NCBI GenBank assembly: GCA_965237675.1
Contig: OZ250150.1
Coordinates: forward strand, 256,001-320,000
Length of the DNA stretch: 64,000 nucleotides
Direction of reading: 5' to 3'
Source: Candidatus Latescibacterota bacterium
GTDB taxonomy: Bacteria > Latescibacterota > UBA2968 > GCA-2709665
How positions within the stretch are numbered: position 1 is the stretch's first letter; each line of letters starts with the position of its first letter. The position numbers and the translations under genes were made by a program. Positions 60,273 to 64,000 of this stretch are shown piece by piece. A model generated the notes under the pieces. The model ran no database searches. It saw nothing but the letters and a program-made list of their open reading frames with translations, and was not told the DNA's origin.

Positions 60273-61658
60273 TTACACGTTCTCGAATGTATTGAGCACG
60301 TCGATGACGCTCAGCCCGGTGTGATACCCGGGATCGGCATCCGCGGTGGCCGGAATGACCGGTACGACCCGTCCTGTTTGGTCGCGGGTCTGGTAGGCCA
60401 TCAGATGGAGGTCCGGGCGAACGAAGTGCCGTGTGAACGCGTTGTGGCAGGCGCTGAAAATGCGGAGGGCGTTCTCCTGTTCCGTGGCGGACGAGGCTAT
60501 GGCCCGGCAATAGGCGGCCGCGCGCAACGCTTCAGGCAGGTTCCACCAGGGCATGTCGGTATTGGCGGGAGTCCGGGACACCAGATCGAAAACTTTGCAG
60601 ATGCCGCCGGGGCCGGGCTGGAAACCGACCTCGAAGGTATGTTCGAGCAGAGACGGCATCAGAGCTTCGATGCCCGCGATTTCATCAAGTTGCTCCGTTC
60701 CTGCGAGGCCCTGTTCCCTGAGGGCCGTGGTGAACTTAAGCGTCAGGCCGACGAATTCCATGACGTGACCCGGATCGGAGAGGATCTTCCCGACGTCTTC
60801 GAAGGGCCGGCCGTCATCGTCCACGGCTTCCCAGAAGTCGTATTCCCGGAGCCCTGGAACCCGCCCGTTGAGGTTGACATAGGTCTCCAATTCGTGACGA
60901 ATGAGACGCAGGCCCGTTTCCACGCTGTCGGGACTTCCGTGCTCGGCCAGGACTGCCGCGGCGCCAATCTGGATCATGAACGGTCCGTGAGGGTGGCATC
61001 CCGGCCGGGGTCCCGTGGGATTCTTGGGATCCAGCGCGATCTGGTCGGTAACGAAGCGACCCTCGTGAATGGCGTCGTCCACCCGGCGGCAGTAGTCGAG
61101 GGCTTCGGTTTCGGCATCCCGCAACTTAAGGTAGCGGGCGGCAGCGACCATGCCTTTGGCGCAGAACAGGTCGCTGAATCCGTAGCTCGATTTCTCCGTG
61201 AGCCTCAGCCGCCGCGTCTCGCCTTCCTCGTCCAGTGTAAACGGGTTCCCCTGCGGTGACATGAAAAAGGTAAGGTGGCCGGCGTTTCGGGCGCGGATTT
61301 CAAGCAGCTTCGTGAGCAAATCGGCCGCGATGCGCTCCAGCCGGAGCCGGAGGCCCGCGGCCTGGTTGTGCCGACGCATCCAGAGACAGTGCCCCGTCAG
61401 GGACTCGAGACCGCGCCCCTGGATCCAGCCATAGACCGCTCCGGGGCCCCTGACGGGATCGTCCGCCGCGAAATCCTCTCCGGTGATCAGGTCGAGTTTG
61501 GTATCGATGTAGGGATAACCGGGAGTACGTTCATACCGATCCGCAATGGCGGCCATGACAGCGATCAGCATGGCGCGGTAGTCGGGCAGGACGGACCGTA
61601 CAGCGTCGACGCTTGGACGCTCAGGCAGGAGAACTCCCTGGTACACCGCTTCTGACAT
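60273..61658 (-). CDS. Hypothetical protein, possibly AGE-epimerase-like (alpha/alpha barrel)
   Basis: WIQGRG, SDLF, DPGH..EF, PWW..PE, YH.G motifs. Confidence 0.55.
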   Translation of the reverse strand: MSEAVYQGVLLPERPSVDAVRSVLPDYRAMLIAVMAAIADRYERTPGYPYIDTKLDLITGEDFAADDPVRGPGAVYGWIQGRGLESLTGHCLWMRRHNQAAGLRLRLERIAADLLTKLLEIRARNAGHLTFFMSPQGNPFTLDEEGETRRLRLTEKSSYGFSDLFCAKGMVAAARYLKLRDAETEALDYCRRVDDAIHEGRFVTDQIALDPKNPTGPRPGCHPHGPFMIQIGAAAVLAEHGSPDSVETGLRLIRHELETYVNLNGRVPGLREYDFWEAVDDDGRPFEDVGKILSDPGHVMEFVGLTLKFTTALREQGLAGTEQLDEIAGIEALMPSLLEHTFEVGFQPGPGGICKVFDLVSRTPANTDMPWWNLPEALRAAAYCRAIASSATEQENALRIFSACHNAFTRHFVRPDLHLMAYQTRDQTGRVVPVIPATADADPGYHTGLSVIDVLNTFENV

Positions 61659-61766
61659 AGCAGCGACTCCCCGAGACGTGACCCGCGGATTCCCCTCGGG
61701 AAAAGGACGAAGTGTGCGCGACAAACTCCTATACGCTCCCGCTTCGCGCACAGGGGCCCGGGTGTG

Positions 61767-62603
61767 TCAGGACCAGACGTAGATTTCGCTGTCGTCGTCG
61801 GAATAGCCGATGAAGACGGCCAGGACGATTCTGGGGTCGGCTCCCTCGACCGCGGGGACCTCGTGGATGCAGCGGGTGTTGAAGAAGTAGAGATCGCCGG
61901 GTTCGAGGTCCACGCGGCAGTGTTCGATGTTGTTCTGCCGGGCGTATTCGTGAAAGGCGTTTGCGGCAATGTGAGATTCGACGTCTTCCGTCCACAGACA
62001 GCGGTGCAGGATGGCCTGGGTGGCCGGGCCGGCCTGGGCCGCGTTCTGGAAGCAGAGAACGCCCGCGAACTGGTGCTCAAAACGGGAGACCTCGTAATTA
62101 AAGCGTTTTTCACGGAGCGTGACGTGGTCAATGTGCGGCACGTAGGTGTGGTGGGTGTAGTGGATCCGGAAGATAGCCGGCCCGTAAAGGCGGGTGTCCG
62201 GTTCACGGGCGGTGAGCACCCGTTTCCCTGCGGCCAGGGCGGAGAGGCTGCCATAAATGACATCGACGGGGTTGTCGAAACCGTCGAAGAGATGTCCGAA
62301 AAGGTCCCGTGTCAGGGCGGCGTGTTCGAAAAAATCATTCCGGTCGTTACCCCGGTTTCCGAGACTGGTCCCGATGTCGATGCGGGTACGTTTGTCGTCG
62401 GAATCCACCTCCGAGGGATCCCGCATGAGACCCCGGTCTATGAAACGACGAATGAGGCCGGCGCACTGATCCGGGTCGTAGGCCTGCCGCAGAACGATCG
62501 CCGGTATCTCGGCCCTCGACAGGGCGTGGAGCGGACTGCCATAGCGCGCGGTGACGGAATTCAGGTTCGGACCCTCGGGCAGCCAGGTTTCGCCGGCGGT
62601 CAT
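61767..62603 (-). CDS. 2OG-Fe(II) oxygenase-like protein
   Basis: PHID...GDLYFFNTRCIHEV...RI (HxD..H..R). Confidence 0.65.
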   Translation of the reverse strand: MTAGETWLPEGPNLNSVTARYGSPLHALSRAEIPAIVLRQAYDPDQCAGLIRRFIDRGLMRDPSEVDSDDKRTRIDIGTSLGNRGNDRNDFFEHAALTRDLFGHLFDGFDNPVDVIYGSLSALAAGKRVLTAREPDTRLYGPAIFRIHYTHHTYVPHIDHVTLREKRFNYEVSRFEHQFAGVLCFQNAAQAGPATQAILHRCLWTEDVESHIAANAFHEYARQNNIEHCRVDLEPGDLYFFNTRCIHEVPAVEGADPRIVLAVFIGYSDDDSEIYVWS

Positions 62604-62615
62604 AACGGATTCCTT

Positions 62616-63110
62616 TCAGGCCAGGTCTCTGAATTCGATGTGCAGGTGTTCCCGGTATTCCGTGAGTTGGCGATAGACGACTCCTGCGCTGTTGAACATG
62701 CGCTTCGAGGCTCGGACGGAGTCGGTTTCAGCGTATTTGTCCGCCAGGTAGATAACCTCTCCAATGCCGGACTGAATGATGACTTTGGCGCATTCGTTGC
62801 AGGGGAAGTGGGTGACGTAGACGGTGCAATTGTAGAGATTGGTGTCGATCTTGTTCAGGATCGCGTTGAGTTCGGCGTGGCAGATATAGGGATACTTGGT
62901 ATTGAGAAACTCTCCTTCCCTCTCCCAGGGATATTCGTCGTCGGAGCAGCCGATGGGCAGGCCGTTGTAACCGATGCCCACGATTTTCTTTTGTTCGTTG
63001 ATGATGCAGGCGCCCACTCGGGTGTTGGGGTCCTTGCTTCTCAGGGCGGAAAGCAGCGCAACGCCCATGAAATATTCGTCCCACGAGAGATAATCTTCGC
63101 GCTTGTTCAT
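62616..63110 (-). CDS. dCMP deaminase
   Basis: SWDEYFM, RSKDP, GYNG, HAELNA, PCNEC. Confidence 0.92.
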   Translation of the reverse strand: MNKREDYLSWDEYFMGVALLSALRSKDPNTRVGACIINEQKKIVGIGYNGLPIGCSDDEYPWEREGEFLNTKYPYICHAELNAILNKIDTNLYNCTVYVTHFPCNECAKVIIQSGIGEVIYLADKYAETDSVRASKRMFNSAGVVYRQLTEYREHLHIEFRDLA

Positions 63111-63313
63111 TTGAGATCCGGGTGGCGTAGAAGCGCTCGCAGCGCAGAGTCGGGCCGCCTGTACCGAAGACGGAGAGAATCGAGGGTCCCGGTCATCACA
63201 TTGTATCGCGGCTCCACATAAACGTTGTTAATATGACGTTCGGAAATCGAGATTGCAACGCTTTCTTAAGCCGGGGCGGTATAGGTTCATTAGCTGCAAA
63301 ACCATTAAATAAA

Positions 63314-63342
63314 AGGCATCCGCCCCCAACTGACGGATGCCT
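63314..63342 (-). terminator. Intrinsic terminator after the TonB-dependent receptor gene
   Basis: aggcatccg/cggatgcct stem followed by a T-rich tract on the minus strand. Confidence 0.65.
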
Positions 63343-63371
63343 ACTTCGGAATCGTTAAAGAAAACGGACCG

Positions 63372-64000
63372 TCAACGCCCGAGGCGGTAGGTAGCCGCCA
63401 GCTTCAGACGCCGTCCCTTGGGATCGTGCGTGAAGCCATCGTAGGCCTGCTCGATATTAACGAGAGGAGGCCTTGTGTCGAGCAGATTCATCCCGGAAAG
63501 CGCGATGTTCACCCCGTTGGGCAAGTTCCACAGAATAGTCACATCCCAGGTTACAAATGGGTCGATGGTACCGAACAGACTCCTGATCTCCGAATTATCG
63601 GAGCCCATCGACCCCCGGTCCTCGTAAGACGAAATGTAGTTCAGAAAGCTGGAGACACTGTAGTCTTCCCAGTAATAGCTCCCCGATATCCGGCCCTTGA
63701 ACTTGGGAAGCGACGTCGCGATGGGATTGCCGAAATTCAGGTACCCCGCGGCGTCCGCCGCCTCCTGGAGCGCCAGGCCGCCCAGATTCAGAGCCTTTGT
63801 CTCGTACGCCAGCGTATAGGTGCCATCCAGGCTCGCCGCGAATATCCCCGCTCCCGCCGGCGTCCTGGTGCCCAGATGCAAATCAAGCCCCGAGGTCTTG
63901 ACCCCCGGCCAATTGACGATATCGACTTGCACCCGCTCGAGTTCCGAGGCCGCACACGTGCCGGTGCCTATCCCGTCCGGGCAGACGATGAATTGCTTAA
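63372..64000 (-). CDS. TonB-dependent receptor, C-terminal part (runs off the window)
   Basis: VKTSGLD, NLLD..PP, DPKGRR..L...Y beta-barrel end. Confidence 0.8.
   Translation of the reverse strand, partial: KQFIVCPDGIGTGTCAASELERVQVDIVNWPGVKTSGLDLHLGTRTPAGAGIFAASLDGTYTLAYETKALNLGGLALQEAADAAGYLNFGNPIATSLPKFKGRISGSYYWEDYSVSSFLNYISSYEDRGSMGSDNSEIRSLFGTIDPFVTWDVTILWNLPNGVNIALSGMNLLDTRPPLVNIEQAYDGFTHDPKGRRLKLAATYRLGR

Noticed and set aside
61764-63221. 485-aa plus-strand ORF and similar long antisense ORFs (13670-14839, 39010-40098, 58829-59605)
   Set aside because: Shadow frames of well-supported genes on the opposite strand in GC-rich DNA.
1-64000. CRISPR array, tRNA or rRNA
   Set aside because: No regularly spaced identical repeats or recognisable tRNA/rRNA sequence. 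The repeats seen are coding (WD40, pentapeptide) or REP-like.

Overview
GC-rich bacterial chromosome segment, probably from a host-associated, genome-eroding lineage. This is inferred from secreted WD40 proteins with a dockerin/EF-hand-like tail, tandem paralogs and many deletion-collapsed pseudogenes. Main find (about 7.8-21.8 kb, all minus strand): a secreted-peptide (bacteriocin/RiPP-like) locus. It has a sigma54 promoter, four small double-glycine-leader precursors (one ending in CCSCCCCKR), five CPBP/Abi membrane proteases, a DUF3267-like HExxH protein, a cNMP-domain C39-peptidase ABC exporter, HlyD and a PpiC-like protein, but no classical modifying enzyme. Also present: a TIR-TIR-small membrane protein defence-like locus lacking ThsA and hit by IS21 and IS630; a single-ORF HTH-methyltransferase-BsuBI/PstI endonuclease; a selenocysteine-containing selD; an AttEFGH-type operon split by about 12 kb of duplicated material; collapsed glmS-glmL-glmE and citrate-synthase relics; RAYT/REP relics; a 160-bp MITE; and a candidate promoter-driven structured RNA. 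No rRNA, tRNA or CRISPR array was seen. All family calls come from motif recognition by eye; no database searches were run.
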